Position numbers and translations under genes: made by a program
NCBI GenBank assembly: GCA_900617105.1
Contig: UYFQ01000001.1
Span: 3,162,001-3,226,000, forward strand
Length of the DNA: 64,000 bases
Direction: 5' to 3'
Source: Hydrurus foetidus
Lineage: Eukaryota
The notes under the pieces: generated by a model
What the model was told of the DNA's origin: nothing
The model's input: only the letters and a program-made list of their open reading frames with translations
Database searches by the model: none
Part shown: one piece after another, positions 9,701 through 18,185 of the stretch
Layout: the number at the start of each line of letters is the position of its first letter
How positions within the stretch are numbered: position 1 is the stretch's first letter

Positions 9701-9739
9701 CAATTAATACGGGCGCAAACAGCTCCTGAATGTATAGCG
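9701..9739 (-). repeat. Dispersed repeat, copy 7 (partial; inverted relative to copy 6)
   Basis: CAATTAATACGGGCGCAAACAGCTCCTGAATGTATAGCG. Confidence 0.8.
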
Positions 9740-9999
9740 ACCGACACTGCCGATCACGAACCAGACAGCTAGAGTTATACCTGGGCGAGTCAATACTGCC
9801 CTGCAAAATTCAGCCAGCTCAGGCTATAGTTAAAACGCCAGTTCCCTGCAAGCTGAGGTAGATTTTGCAGGCCAATTGCCAAGAAGAGTCTGCCGGGTTT
9901 CACGGATTTTCTATACCGCCAAATAAACCGGTCGATGCCTTGAAACCCAACAGACAAGCCACTTTCAGGAGATTTTGATGTCCAGATTATGTTGCAGCG

Positions 10000-10042
10000 C
10001 CATTTTTATACCGCAGGTCTTGCGGTATACATTGCGTTAGAC
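10000..10042 (+). other. Putative attI-like integron site ending in core site GTTAGAC
   Basis: GTTRRRY core at 10036-10042 is the exact complement of the R'' of the downstream attC; preceded by palindrome TATACCGCA-N5-TGCGGTATA; no attC-type fold upstream. Confidence 0.55.
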
Positions 10043-11196
10043 ACCCCAAGACCACCATGTCCAAGTTGTCCCGCAGAGATCAAGTTGCTTGGTTCACCGC
10101 CTGCAGAGCGCGGTACGAAGCATTGGCGAAGGTCGTCGCAGCAACGCTTGAAGCACTCGTTCGACACAATGGTATCGACGGTGCACAAGTTTTCTACAGG
10201 GCAAAGGAGATCGCTAGTTTCAGCGAGAAGATTCGACGAAAGCGATACTCGGATGCGAGAAGCGAAATGACCGATCTCTCTGGCATTAGAGTCGTCACGC
10301 TTATCGAGCGAGATGTTGGCAAAGTTGCCGATATAGTCCGCGCGGCATTCTTAGTTCATTCAGACGAGAGTCCCGACAAGAGCGCGGAACTCGGCGTTGA
10401 TCGCTTTGGCTACAAGTCATTGCACTTCGTATGCGATTTAGGAGACTCCCGTACAACACTTCCGGAGTTCGCAGCCTTTGCGGATATGGCCTTCGAAATC
10501 CAAGTCAGAACCGCACTGCAACACGCTTGGGCCGAGATTGAACACGACCGAAGCTATAAGTTCGCAGGTGAACTCCCCTCACAACTCAAGCGTCGTTTCC
10601 ATCTTGTAGCCGGACTACTCGAGCTTGCCGATCGGGAGTTCAGTCTGCTAACCGAAGAGCTCGAACGCTACACAGCGGAAGCCAAGCATCAGGCTCAGGT
10701 GGGAATCCTCGATCTGGAGTTGAATTCCACAACGGCGTCCGAGTTGCTCAAAGTGCTCGTCTCCAAGCATGGAGGTAGACCAGTGCTCGACGGCCACCCA
10801 CCAGATCAGGACGTAATTCAGGAACTGCGCGACTTCAACGTCCATTCACTGGCAGATCTCAAGTCACTCTGCAATGATGAACTTCTGCAAGCGATCGAAT
10901 CCGTTCCCAACACGACCGTAGGCGTCATACGAGACGCCATGATCTATGCGGATATTGATCGGTACTTCGCCACCGCATGGAAAGGAAGGTGGCAGGGTTG
11001 GGATGCTGACTCAATAGCTGTGATGGGGAAGAAATACGGCAGCGAAACCGTGAGTCGAGTTATGAGAACGTACGGAGTCATGACCGTTGATCCAAACGAA
11101 GAATGTTAGCGGCAGTGACAACTGCACGCGAGCAGAAGGGGTGTCTAACCCTTACTTCAAGCGGACGTGCCTTCGGCACGCCGCTTAAGTCAAACG
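10037..11196 (+). mobile_element. Integron gene cassette (about 1.16 kb)
   Basis: Single ORF starting about 15 bp after the core site and ending in an attC; excision would pair GTCTAAC with GTTAGAC perfectly. Confidence 0.85.
10057..11109 (+). CDS. RelA/SpoT-domain small alarmone synthetase-like protein with C-terminal extension
   Basis: RAK..S..EK, DLSGIRV, GYKSLH, EIQVRTALQHAWAEIEHD..YK synthetase motifs; no HD hydrolase, TGS or ACT domains seen. Confidence 0.9.
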   Translation: MSKLSRRDQVAWFTACRARYEALAKVVAATLEALVRHNGIDGAQVFYRAKEIASFSEKIRRKRYSDARSEMTDLSGIRVVTLIERDVGKVADIVRAAFLVHSDESPDKSAELGVDRFGYKSLHFVCDLGDSRTTLPEFAAFADMAFEIQVRTALQHAWAEIEHDRSYKFAGELPSQLKRRFHLVAGLLELADREFSLLTEELERYTAEAKHQAQVGILDLELNSTTASELLKVLVSKHGGRPVLDGHPPDQDVIQELRDFNVHSLADLKSLCNDELLQAIESVPNTTVGVIRDAMIYADIDRYFATAWKGRWQGWDADSIAVMGKKYGSETVSRVMRTYGVMTVDPNEEC

Positions 11197-11202
11197 TTAT
11201 GC
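11143..11202 (+). other. attC site (59-base element)
   Basis: GTCTAAC-CCTTA-CTTCAAGC-GGACGTGCC-TTC-GGCACGCC-GCTTAAG-TCAAAC-GTTATGC: RYYYAAC...GTTRRRY, 60 bp, paired L boxes. Confidence 0.9.
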
Positions 11203-11241
11203 CGCACAGATCATGCTTGTCCAAGCGCTGAGGCCTGCCTT

Positions 11242-11350
11242 ATGAAAATATTTGCGTGGTTCTTGGCAGTGCTCCTAATCTCCATCATTTTCGGCCTCTC
11301 GCTTCCCTCAATTGTCTCTGGGTGCCAGTGCGGACTTGACAGCGGAGAAA
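11242..11350 (+). pseudogene. Truncated second cassette ORF (hydrophobic N-terminus)
   Basis: MKIFAWFLAVLLISIIFGLSLPSIVSGC begins after the attC R' and runs into the palindrome/IS; no matching attC seen downstream. Confidence 0.5.
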
Positions 11351-11373
11351 TTGGAGAAATTGGGGTCAGACTC

Positions 11374-12831
11374 CAATACTGTTCAGTTAGTAAAATTTGA
11401 AGTAAACTTGTATTCCAGTTGTATCACCAACTGGAGGCTTCATGGCAAGAACCAAAGCAGTGCTACCCACGGGCACACGAATCGCAGACTACTTAAGCGT
11501 CGGCCTGCTGGCTCAGGTCTGCCCGCTGGCCAAGATTCACCAAATACTTCAAGACACTGGCAGGCAGTCCCAAAGACAGCGTGACTTGCCCGCCCATGGC
11601 GTTGTTTACTACGTCTTGGCTCTCGGGCTTTACATGGGCGTGGCTTACGAAGAAGTGCTGCGTTTGACCCTTGAAGCAATGAGCTTTCTAGGCTCACCCA
11701 TCAAGCGCGAAATCACCAAATCAGCCCTGTCCCAGGCGCGCAGCCGCCTGAGCTGGCAAGTTATGGAGCGCCTGGCCAATGAGTGCTTGATGCCGATAGC
11801 CCAGCCGCACACGAAGGGTGCCTGGTTCAAAGGAATGCGCCTGGTCAGCGTCGATGGCAGCACACTGGACTTAGCCCACGAAAGCGCCAACATTGAGGCC
11901 TTTGGCGGCCCGACCGCTAATGTCGGTGTCGCAGGCTATGCGCAACTGCGCTTTGCTGGATTGGTAGAGGGCGGCACGCACGTCATGTTCGCATTAGCCC
12001 ATGGCGCGTATACCGACAGCGAGATCACCTTATTTGACAAGCTATTGCCCAAACTAAAGCCCGACATGCTGCTGCTAGCCGACCGGTACTTTCTGGGCTA
12101 CAAAGCATGGGCAAAAGCACGCCAGACAGGCGCTCAGTTGCTGTGGCGCGCCAAAAAGAACAACATACTGCCAGTGGATCACGCGCTGCCTGATGGCTCA
12201 TTCCTGTCGCACTTAAATCCAAGCCGCGGCAACAAAGACACCACCTTGCAAAGCTTGCCTGTCAGAGTGGTCGAGTACTTCATTGATGGCGACCCCCAGG
12301 CCGAGCCGCTGTACAGGCTGGTGACAAGTTTGCTAGATCCTGAAGTTGCAACTGCGCACGAGCTTGCACAGGTGTATCACGAGCGCTGGGAGATTGAGAC
12401 GACCCTCAAAGAGATGAAGACTCATCTGCGGGGTGCAAGGGTGGTGCTGCGCAGCAAGACGCCCGACTTGGTCAGGCAAGAGTTCTATGGGTTGTGGCTG
12501 GCGCACTTTGCGGTGCGCCGCTTGATGCATGAGGCAGCGCTGCAAAAGGACATTGATCCCGATGAGCTGTCGTTTAAAAAGAGTCTTCAAATCGTGCGCT
12601 GCAAGCTGCCCCATGCTGGGGCTGTTCCCCCCTGAGCGCTATGCAATTTGGTATGCAGAGGTGATCAACTGCGTAGCCCGCGCCAAATCTGTCAGTTCAC
12701 GAGGCAAAAGAAACCCGAGGGTGGTCAAAAGACGAACCAGCTACTATCCTTCGAGAAAAGGCGATGAGCCCTTGAATGTGCTGATTCAAACTGTCATTCG
12801 AGTTAAAAATACTTCTAACTGAACAGTATTG
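11374..12831 (+). mobile_element. IS4-family insertion sequence, 1458 bp
   Basis: Perfect 17 bp TIRs CAATACTGTTCAGTTAG (11374-11390) and CTAACTGAACAGTATTG (12815-12831); 10 bp direct repeats GGTCAGACTC at 11364-11373 and 12832-12841. Confidence 0.95.
11442..12635 (+). CDS. IS4-family DDE transposase
   Basis: SVDGSTL, LADRYF, YHERWEIETTLKEMK (YREK motif); probable C-terminal tail in the +1 frame to 12822. Confidence 0.93.
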   Translation: MARTKAVLPTGTRIADYLSVGLLAQVCPLAKIHQILQDTGRQSQRQRDLPAHGVVYYVLALGLYMGVAYEEVLRLTLEAMSFLGSPIKREITKSALSQARSRLSWQVMERLANECLMPIAQPHTKGAWFKGMRLVSVDGSTLDLAHESANIEAFGGPTANVGVAGYAQLRFAGLVEGGTHVMFALAHGAYTDSEITLFDKLLPKLKPDMLLLADRYFLGYKAWAKARQTGAQLLWRAKKNNILPVDHALPDGSFLSHLNPSRGNKDTTLQSLPVRVVEYFIDGDPQAEPLYRLVTSLLDPEVATAHELAQVYHERWEIETTLKEMKTHLRGARVVLRSKTPDLVRQEFYGLWLAHFAVRRLMHEAALQKDIDPDELSFKKSLQIVRCKLPHAGAVPP

Positions 12832-12889
12832 GGTCAGACTCCAATTAACGGCTCCGACAAGTTCGAAACGCGAAATTATCGAGTAATTC

Positions 12890-12940
12890 AAGCCTGTAGC
12901 GCAATAAATACGGGCGCAAGCAGCTCCTGAAATAATAGCG
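12890..12940 (-). repeat. Dispersed repeat, copy 8
   Basis: AAGCCTGTAGCGCAATAAATACGGGCGCAAGCAGCTCCTGAAATAATAGCG. Confidence 0.85.
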
Positions 12941-12951
12941 TATGAGTCGAA

Positions 12952-13064
12952 TTACATCCCCAGAATCAACTTCCAGTTCTGCGCTGTCGCACCCGACGCG
13001 CCTCTGCCAAAGTTAACTTGCTAGGCCACCAGCACGGCGTGGCGGTGAGGTCATATTGCTGAAT
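12952..13064 (-). pseudogene. Degenerate duplicate of the argC 3' end
   Basis: Translates HRHAVLVA*QVNFGRGASGATAQNWKLILGM* versus intact [31 protein letters not shown]. Confidence 0.88.
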
Positions 13065-13099
13065 AAGCCAAGCGCCATCTTGACGCTAAACTGCCAATC

Positions 13100-13513
13100 A
13101 TGACAAACGACATCCGATGGAAGCAGCGCTTTAAAAACTTTGACCGCGGTGTTGTGCTGCTGCGCGAGGCGCTTGAAAATGGCCCTGCTGCATTGTCTGC
13201 GCTAGAAAAAGAGGGCGTCATTCAGCGGTTTGAATACACCTTTGAGCTGGCCTGGAAGACGCTCAAAGATTTTCTGGAAGCGGGCGGCTTGGTGATTAGC
13301 CCCGTCACGCCGCGTCAGGTGATCAAAAATGCTTTTGCAGCCAAGGTGTTGGCAGACGGCCAAGCGTGGGTGGACATGCTGGATCACCGGAACTTGTTGT
13401 CGCACACGTACGACCGCGCTGTGTTTGAAAAGGCTGTTGACGCTATTGCCGCGCGCTACTTGCCTGCGATGGAAACGTTGCATTTGTATTTAATTGAGCA
13501 AGCTTTGCAATGA
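13100..13513 (+). CDS. HEPN-type nucleotidyltransferase substrate-binding protein (HI0074 family)
   Basis: IRWKQRFKNF, GVIQRFEYTFELAWKTLKD, RNLLSH (R-X4-H). Confidence 0.9.
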   Translation: MTNDIRWKQRFKNFDRGVVLLREALENGPAALSALEKEGVIQRFEYTFELAWKTLKDFLEAGGLVISPVTPRQVIKNAFAAKVLADGQAWVDMLDHRNLLSHTYDRAVFEKAVDAIAARYLPAMETLHLYLIEQALQ

Positions 13514-13827
13514 CTGCGCTGGCTGCATTGCACGAATTGGCGTTAAGTCCGCACGAGCTTGAGTTGATCGTCAGCGTGTTTCGAAAGCACCCTGAAGTAT
13601 CTAGAGCTAAAGTGTTTGGCTCGCGTGCAAAAGGCAATAGCACACCGATTTCCGATGTTGATTTGGTACTTTGGGGCGACATCGATGGGCTGCGCGCCGA
13701 ACGCATAGCTGCCGAGCTGGATGAGTTGCCGCTGGCTTATCGGTTCGACGTTAAATCGTTTGACCTTATCAAACTGCAAACCTTGAGAGAGCATATTGAA
13801 CAGGTTGGTATTGCTGTGTACCCGTGA
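13510..13827 (+). CDS. Minimal nucleotidyltransferase (MNT), partner of the HEPN protein
   Basis: FGSRAKG...SDVD motif, 105 aa, ATGA overlap. Confidence 0.9.
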   Translation: MTALAALHELALSPHELELIVSVFRKHPEVSRAKVFGSRAKGNSTPISDVDLVLWGDIDGLRAERIAAELDELPLAYRFDVKSFDLIKLQTLREHIEQVGIAVYP

Positions 13828-13904
13828 ATGGAGAGGCTGAAACAACGGTTTTACGCCTCAAAAAGCTCAAAAACGCCGTTTTCAAGCATTTTTCAGTTAT
13901 CTTT

Positions 13905-13956
13905 TAGGCCTCTAGCCCAATAAATACGGGCGCAAGCAGCTCCTGAAATAGTAGCA
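13905..13956 (-). repeat. Dispersed repeat, copy 9 (near consensus)
   Basis: TAGGCCTCTAGCCCAATAAATACGGGCGCAAGCAGCTCCTGAAATAGTAGCA. Confidence 0.9.
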
Positions 13957-13967
13957 AAAATGCTACT

Positions 13968-14879
13968 CTACAACCCCAGCATCAACTTCAAGTTCTGCAC
14001 AGCCGCACCCGACGCTCCCTTGCCCAGGTTGTCTAGCCTGGCCACCAGCACGGCGTGGCGATAGGTTTCGTTGCCGAAGACGCGCAATTCCATTTTATTG
14101 GTGCCGTTCAGCGCCAGCGTGTCCAGCTTGCCGTCGCTAGGGGCGGCTTCTACAGTCACCCATTCACTGCCTGCGTAGTGCGTGGCCAGTGCGTCATGCA
14201 ATTGCGCAGCGGTGGGTTTGCCGTTCAGCAAATCAAGGTGCAGCGGCAGTTGCACCAGCATGCCTTGCTCGAAGTTACCGATAGACGGGATAAAAACCGG
14301 GCGACGCGTCAAACCTGTGTATTTCATGATTTCTGGCAGGTGCTTGTGCGCCAGGCCCAGGCCGTACAACTCGAACAACGGGGCTTTGCCTGCCTGGTAA
14401 GCCTCAATCATTTGCCGCCCACCGCCTGAGTAACCCGTCACGGCGGGCAGGGTCAACGCGAAGTCAGGCGCAATAAAGCCTGCATCGATCAGTGGTCGAA
14501 TCAGTGCGATTGCGCCTGTGGGGTAGCAGCCGGGGTTGCCCACGCGGTCGGCTTTAGACACCAGCGCGCGCTGGTCTGGGGTCAGTTCAGGAAAACCGTA
14601 GACCCAGCCCGGCGCGATGCGGTGCGCGGTTGATGAATCAATGATTTTTGGTTTTTTGCCGGGCAAGCTGTCAATCATGGCAACGGACTCACGGGCGGCG
14701 TCGTCGTGCAGGCACAAAATGACCAGGTCTACCGTGGCCATCAGGGCCAGTTTGGCGGCGGCGTCTTTGCGCAGCTCGGGCGCGATGCTTACCAGTTCAA
14801 TTTCTTGCATGGTTTGCAAGCGTTCGCGAATCTGCAGGCCGGTGGTGCCAGCTTCTCCGTCAATAAAAATTTTAGGCAT
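13968..14879 (-). CDS. argC: N-acetyl-gamma-glutamyl-phosphate reductase (type 2)
   Basis: [34 protein letters not shown]. Confidence 0.96.
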   Translation of the reverse strand: MPKIFIDGEAGTTGLQIRERLQTMQEIELVSIAPELRKDAAAKLALMATVDLVILCLHDDAARESVAMIDSLPGKKPKIIDSSTAHRIAPGWVYGFPELTPDQRALVSKADRVGNPGCYPTGAIALIRPLIDAGFIAPDFALTLPAVTGYSGGGRQMIEAYQAGKAPLFELYGLGLAHKHLPEIMKYTGLTRRPVFIPSIGNFEQGMLVQLPLHLDLLNGKPTAAQLHDALATHYAGSEWVTVEAAPSDGKLDTLALNGTNKMELRVFGNETYRHAVLVARLDNLGKGASGAAVQNLKLMLGL

Positions 14880-15066
14880 GGTGTTTATCCAAGGCTTTCT
14901 TGATGGTGGGCGACCCAGTTGCCGCGTAAGCTGCACAAAAGTTTGGTGCATTGCAGCATGCTACAGTTTAGGGCTTGATTTTTTGCGCTTGTGCATGGCG
15001 CAAACTGCTTGACTCTCACGCCATCCCCCGCCCTTCATTTTCCCCTAGCCGTATGAAAGCTTCCTT

Positions 15067-16227
15067 ATGAAAATTCACGAGTACCAAGGCAAAGAAGTCT
15101 TGCGCGCATTCGGTGTACCCGTGCCGCGCGGCATTCCGGCTTTCACGGTGCAAGAGGCAGTTGAAGCTGCCCAGAAACTTGGCGGCCCGGTGTGGGTGGT
15201 CAAGGCGCAGATTCATGCGGGCGGCCGCGGCAAAGGCGGTGGCGTGAAGGTGGCCAAAACGATTGAAGACGTCAAACGCATTGCCGGTGAGATTTTGGGT
15301 ATGCAACTCGTTACCCACCAAACCGGCCCCGCTGGCCAAAAAGTGCGCCGCCTATACATTGAAGACGGCGCTGACATTCAAAAAGAATATTACGTGTCTT
15401 GCGTCACTGATCGCGCCACGCAAAAAGTCGCGTTTATTGCGTCGTCTGAAGGCGGCATGGACATTGAAGAAGTGGCGCACAGCCAGCCTGAGAAAATTAT
15501 CAAGCTGTTCGTTGACCCATTGGTTGGCCTGACAGACGCGCAGGGCAAGGAGCTGGCCGCTGGTATTGGCATGCCAGCCGATTCAGTTGCGCAAACTGTA
15601 GACATTCTGCAAAAGCTCTACAAGTGCTACATGGACACCGATGCGTCATTGGTTGAAATCAACCCGCTGAACCGCAACAGCAAGGGCGAAGTGATGGCGC
15701 TGGACGCCAAGTTCAACTTTGACCCGAACGCGCTGTTCCGCCACGCCGACATCGTCGCTTATCGCGACCTCGACGAAGAAGACGCGGCTGAAGTGGAAGC
15801 CAGCAAGTTTGACCTGGCCTACATCAGCCTGGACGGCAACATTGGCTGCCTGGTCAACGGCGCAGGTCTCGCCATGGCAACGATGGACACCATCAAGCTG
15901 TTTGGCGGCGAGCCAGCTAACTTTTTGGACGTGGGCGGCGGCGCAACGGCCGAAAAGGTCACAGAAGCCTTCAAGATCATGCTGAAAAACCCGGAAGTCA
16001 AAGGCATTTTGGTCAATATTTTCGGCGGCATCATGAAGTGCGACACCATTGCTGAAGGCGTGATTACCGCCTGCAAAGCGACCAACCTGTCAGTACCGCT
16101 GGTGGTGCGCATGAAGGGCACCAACGAAGACCTGGGCAAAAAGATGCTGGCCGAATCAGGCCTGCCGATCATTGCCGCCGATACGATGGCCGACGCTGCG
16201 ACAAAAATCGTTAAAGCCGTTGCCTAA
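15067..16227 (+). CDS. sucC: Succinyl-CoA synthetase beta subunit
   Basis: [34 protein letters not shown]. Confidence 0.99.
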   Translation: MKIHEYQGKEVLRAFGVPVPRGIPAFTVQEAVEAAQKLGGPVWVVKAQIHAGGRGKGGGVKVAKTIEDVKRIAGEILGMQLVTHQTGPAGQKVRRLYIEDGADIQKEYYVSCVTDRATQKVAFIASSEGGMDIEEVAHSQPEKIIKLFVDPLVGLTDAQGKELAAGIGMPADSVAQTVDILQKLYKCYMDTDASLVEINPLNRNSKGEVMALDAKFNFDPNALFRHADIVAYRDLDEEDAAEVEASKFDLAYISLDGNIGCLVNGAGLAMATMDTIKLFGGEPANFLDVGGGATAEKVTEAFKIMLKNPEVKGILVNIFGGIMKCDTIAEGVITACKATNLSVPLVVRMKGTNEDLGKKMLAESGLPIIAADTMADAATKIVKAVA

Positions 16228-16241
16228 ACAGGGAAGTAAAC

Positions 16242-17135
16242 ATGTCTATCTACATCAATAAAAACACCAAAGTCATCACCCAGGGCATCACTGGCAAAAC
16301 CGGGCAGTTCCACACCCGCATGTGCCGCGACTACGCCAATGGCAAAGAAGCCTTTGTAGCGGGCGTGAACCCGAAAAAAGCGGGCGAAGACTTTGAGGGC
16401 ATACCGATTTTTGCCAACGTGACTGACGCTGCCAAAGCCACGGGCGCAACGGTGTCGGTGATTTACGTGCCGCCAGCAGGCGCTGCCGCTGCCATTTGGG
16501 AAGCGGTTGAAGCTAACCTGGACTTGGCGATTTGCATCACCGAAGGCATCCCCGTGCGCGACATGCTGATGGTGCGCAACCGCATGAAGGCCAAAGAAGC
16601 CGCTGGCGGCAAAAAAACGCTGCTGCTCGGCCCAAATTGCCCGGGTTTGATCACACCTGAAGAAATCAAAATCGGCATCATGCCGGGCCACATTCACCGC
16701 AAGGGCCGCATTGGCGTGGTCAGCCGCTCTGGCACGCTGACATACGAAGCCGTGGCGCAACTGACCGAAATCGGCTTGGGCCAGTCAAGTGCAGTCGGCA
16801 TTGGTGGCGACCCGATCAATGGCTTAAAGCACATCGACGTGATGCGCGCCTTCAATGACGACCCAGACACCGATGCCGTCATCATGATTGGTGAAATCGG
16901 CGGACCAGACGAAGCTGAAGCGGCCGAGTGGTGCAAAGCGAATATGAAAAAACCCATCGTTGGCTTTATCGCTGGCGTCACAGCGCCTCCAGGGAAACGC
17001 ATGGGCCATGCAGGGGCGTTGATTTCTGGCGGTGCGGACACCGCTGATGCCAAGCTGGAAATCATGGAAGCCTGCGGCTTTACCGTGACGCGCAACCCGT
17101 CAGAAATGGCGAAGTTGCTCAAGGCGCTGCTGTAG
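16242..17135 (+). CDS. sucD: Succinyl-CoA synthetase alpha subunit
   Basis: QGITGKTG, GPNCPG, RMGHAGA phospho-His motif. Confidence 0.99.
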   Translation: MSIYINKNTKVITQGITGKTGQFHTRMCRDYANGKEAFVAGVNPKKAGEDFEGIPIFANVTDAAKATGATVSVIYVPPAGAAAAIWEAVEANLDLAICITEGIPVRDMLMVRNRMKAKEAAGGKKTLLLGPNCPGLITPEEIKIGIMPGHIHRKGRIGVVSRSGTLTYEAVAQLTEIGLGQSSAVGIGGDPINGLKHIDVMRAFNDDPDTDAVIMIGEIGGPDEAEAAEWCKANMKKPIVGFIAGVTAPPGKRMGHAGALISGGADTADAKLEIMEACGFTVTRNPSEMAKLLKALL

Positions 17136-17224
17136 TTCGGGGCTGCGCATTTATCGGGCCACACGGCTAGCGGGCAACCTGACGCAAGCCACCCTTTCAA
17201 TACCCATCATCCAAGAGACGCGCC

Positions 17225-17920
17225 ATGATCTTCGGCCTTGACTTTTCTTCTCCGTTGTTTTGGAGCGCCTTTGGCACGATTGTGTTGGCGAATATTGTCT
17301 TGTCAGGAGATAACGCAGTGGTCATTGCCATGGCGGCCCGCACGCTCAAGCCAGCGCAACGTACCAAAGCCATTTTTTGGGGCAGTGCCGCCGCCATCGT
17401 GATGCGGATTGTGCTGACCATCGCCGCGATTCAGCTGCTGTCGTTGCCGTATTTGAAAGTGGTTGGGGCTGTTTTGCTGGTGTACATCGGCATTGATTTG
17501 CTGAAAGGCGGCGATGACGGAGACGCCGACGGCAAAGAGATCAATGGCATGGGCGCTGCCATTCGCACCATTTTGGTGGCTGACTTGGTAATGAGTCTGG
17601 ACAACGTGCTGGCCGTCGCTGCCGCCGCCAAAGGTGACATGCCTTTGTTGATACTGGGCCTTCTGATCAGTATCCCGCTGATTATTTTTGGCGCCACGCT
17701 TTTGGCTAAAGTTATGGAGCGTTTTCCCATCATCATCACCGTAGGTGCTGCCTTGTTGGGCTTTCTGGCGGGCGAAATGTTGGTCACTGATCCGGCTGTA
17801 ACCGCCCGCTTCGGCGCTGCCAGCCATGCGCTGGAATGGACGGCGGGCTTTATTGGGGCAACTATTGTGGTGGCGCTTGGCACTTACTTCGCCAGGCGGC
17901 ATTCGCCAAGACCCGACTGA
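17225..17920 (+). CDS. TerC/YjbE-family membrane protein
   Basis: LSGDNAVVIA and ADLVMSLDNVLAVAAAA. Confidence 0.92.
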   Translation: MIFGLDFSSPLFWSAFGTIVLANIVLSGDNAVVIAMAARTLKPAQRTKAIFWGSAAAIVMRIVLTIAAIQLLSLPYLKVVGAVLLVYIGIDLLKGGDDGDADGKEINGMGAAIRTILVADLVMSLDNVLAVAAAAKGDMPLLILGLLISIPLIIFGATLLAKVMERFPIIITVGAALLGFLAGEMLVTDPAVTARFGAASHALEWTAGFIGATIVVALGTYFARRHSPRPD

Positions 17921-18030
17921 GCTTGGTCGCGCTTAACTGATACCTGGCTGCAGCCTATCCTCGCCCAGTGCTTGGACGCGTAGCCGTCAACCGTCAGCCA
18001 AGCTGCGGCACTGCTGCAAAATGCAACGAA

Positions 18031-18058
18031 AAGTGACTCCAGCGTGAATAAGTCACTT
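18031..18058. promoter_or_regulatory. Inverted repeat upstream of the signalling cluster (candidate operator)
   Basis: AAGTGACT-N12-AGTCACTT. Confidence 0.35.
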
Positions 18059-18185
18059 GTTTAGGCTGAAGCTGTCTGTTAACGTCAACACTCGCGCGAA
18101 ATGAGTCCGGTTGGCGACCCTCGCTCAGCAGTCATGGTAATGAAAAAGTTACAAATAAAGGTGCGGCAATTCATGACAAGGGCAT

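Noticed and set aside
9945..10042. ACCCAAC...GTTAGAC as an additional attC
   Set aside because: The would-be L boxes are not complementary and the interval does not form the attC stem.
10057..11109. Naming the synthetase as CapRel or a specific toxSAS
   Set aside because: Only generic synthetase motifs are recognisable; subfamily assignment needs HMM comparison.
14944..14959. TGGTGCATTGCAGCAT as a PhaR-type operator between argC and sucC
   Set aside because: Short degenerate match that cannot be supported without a position-weight matrix or conservation data.
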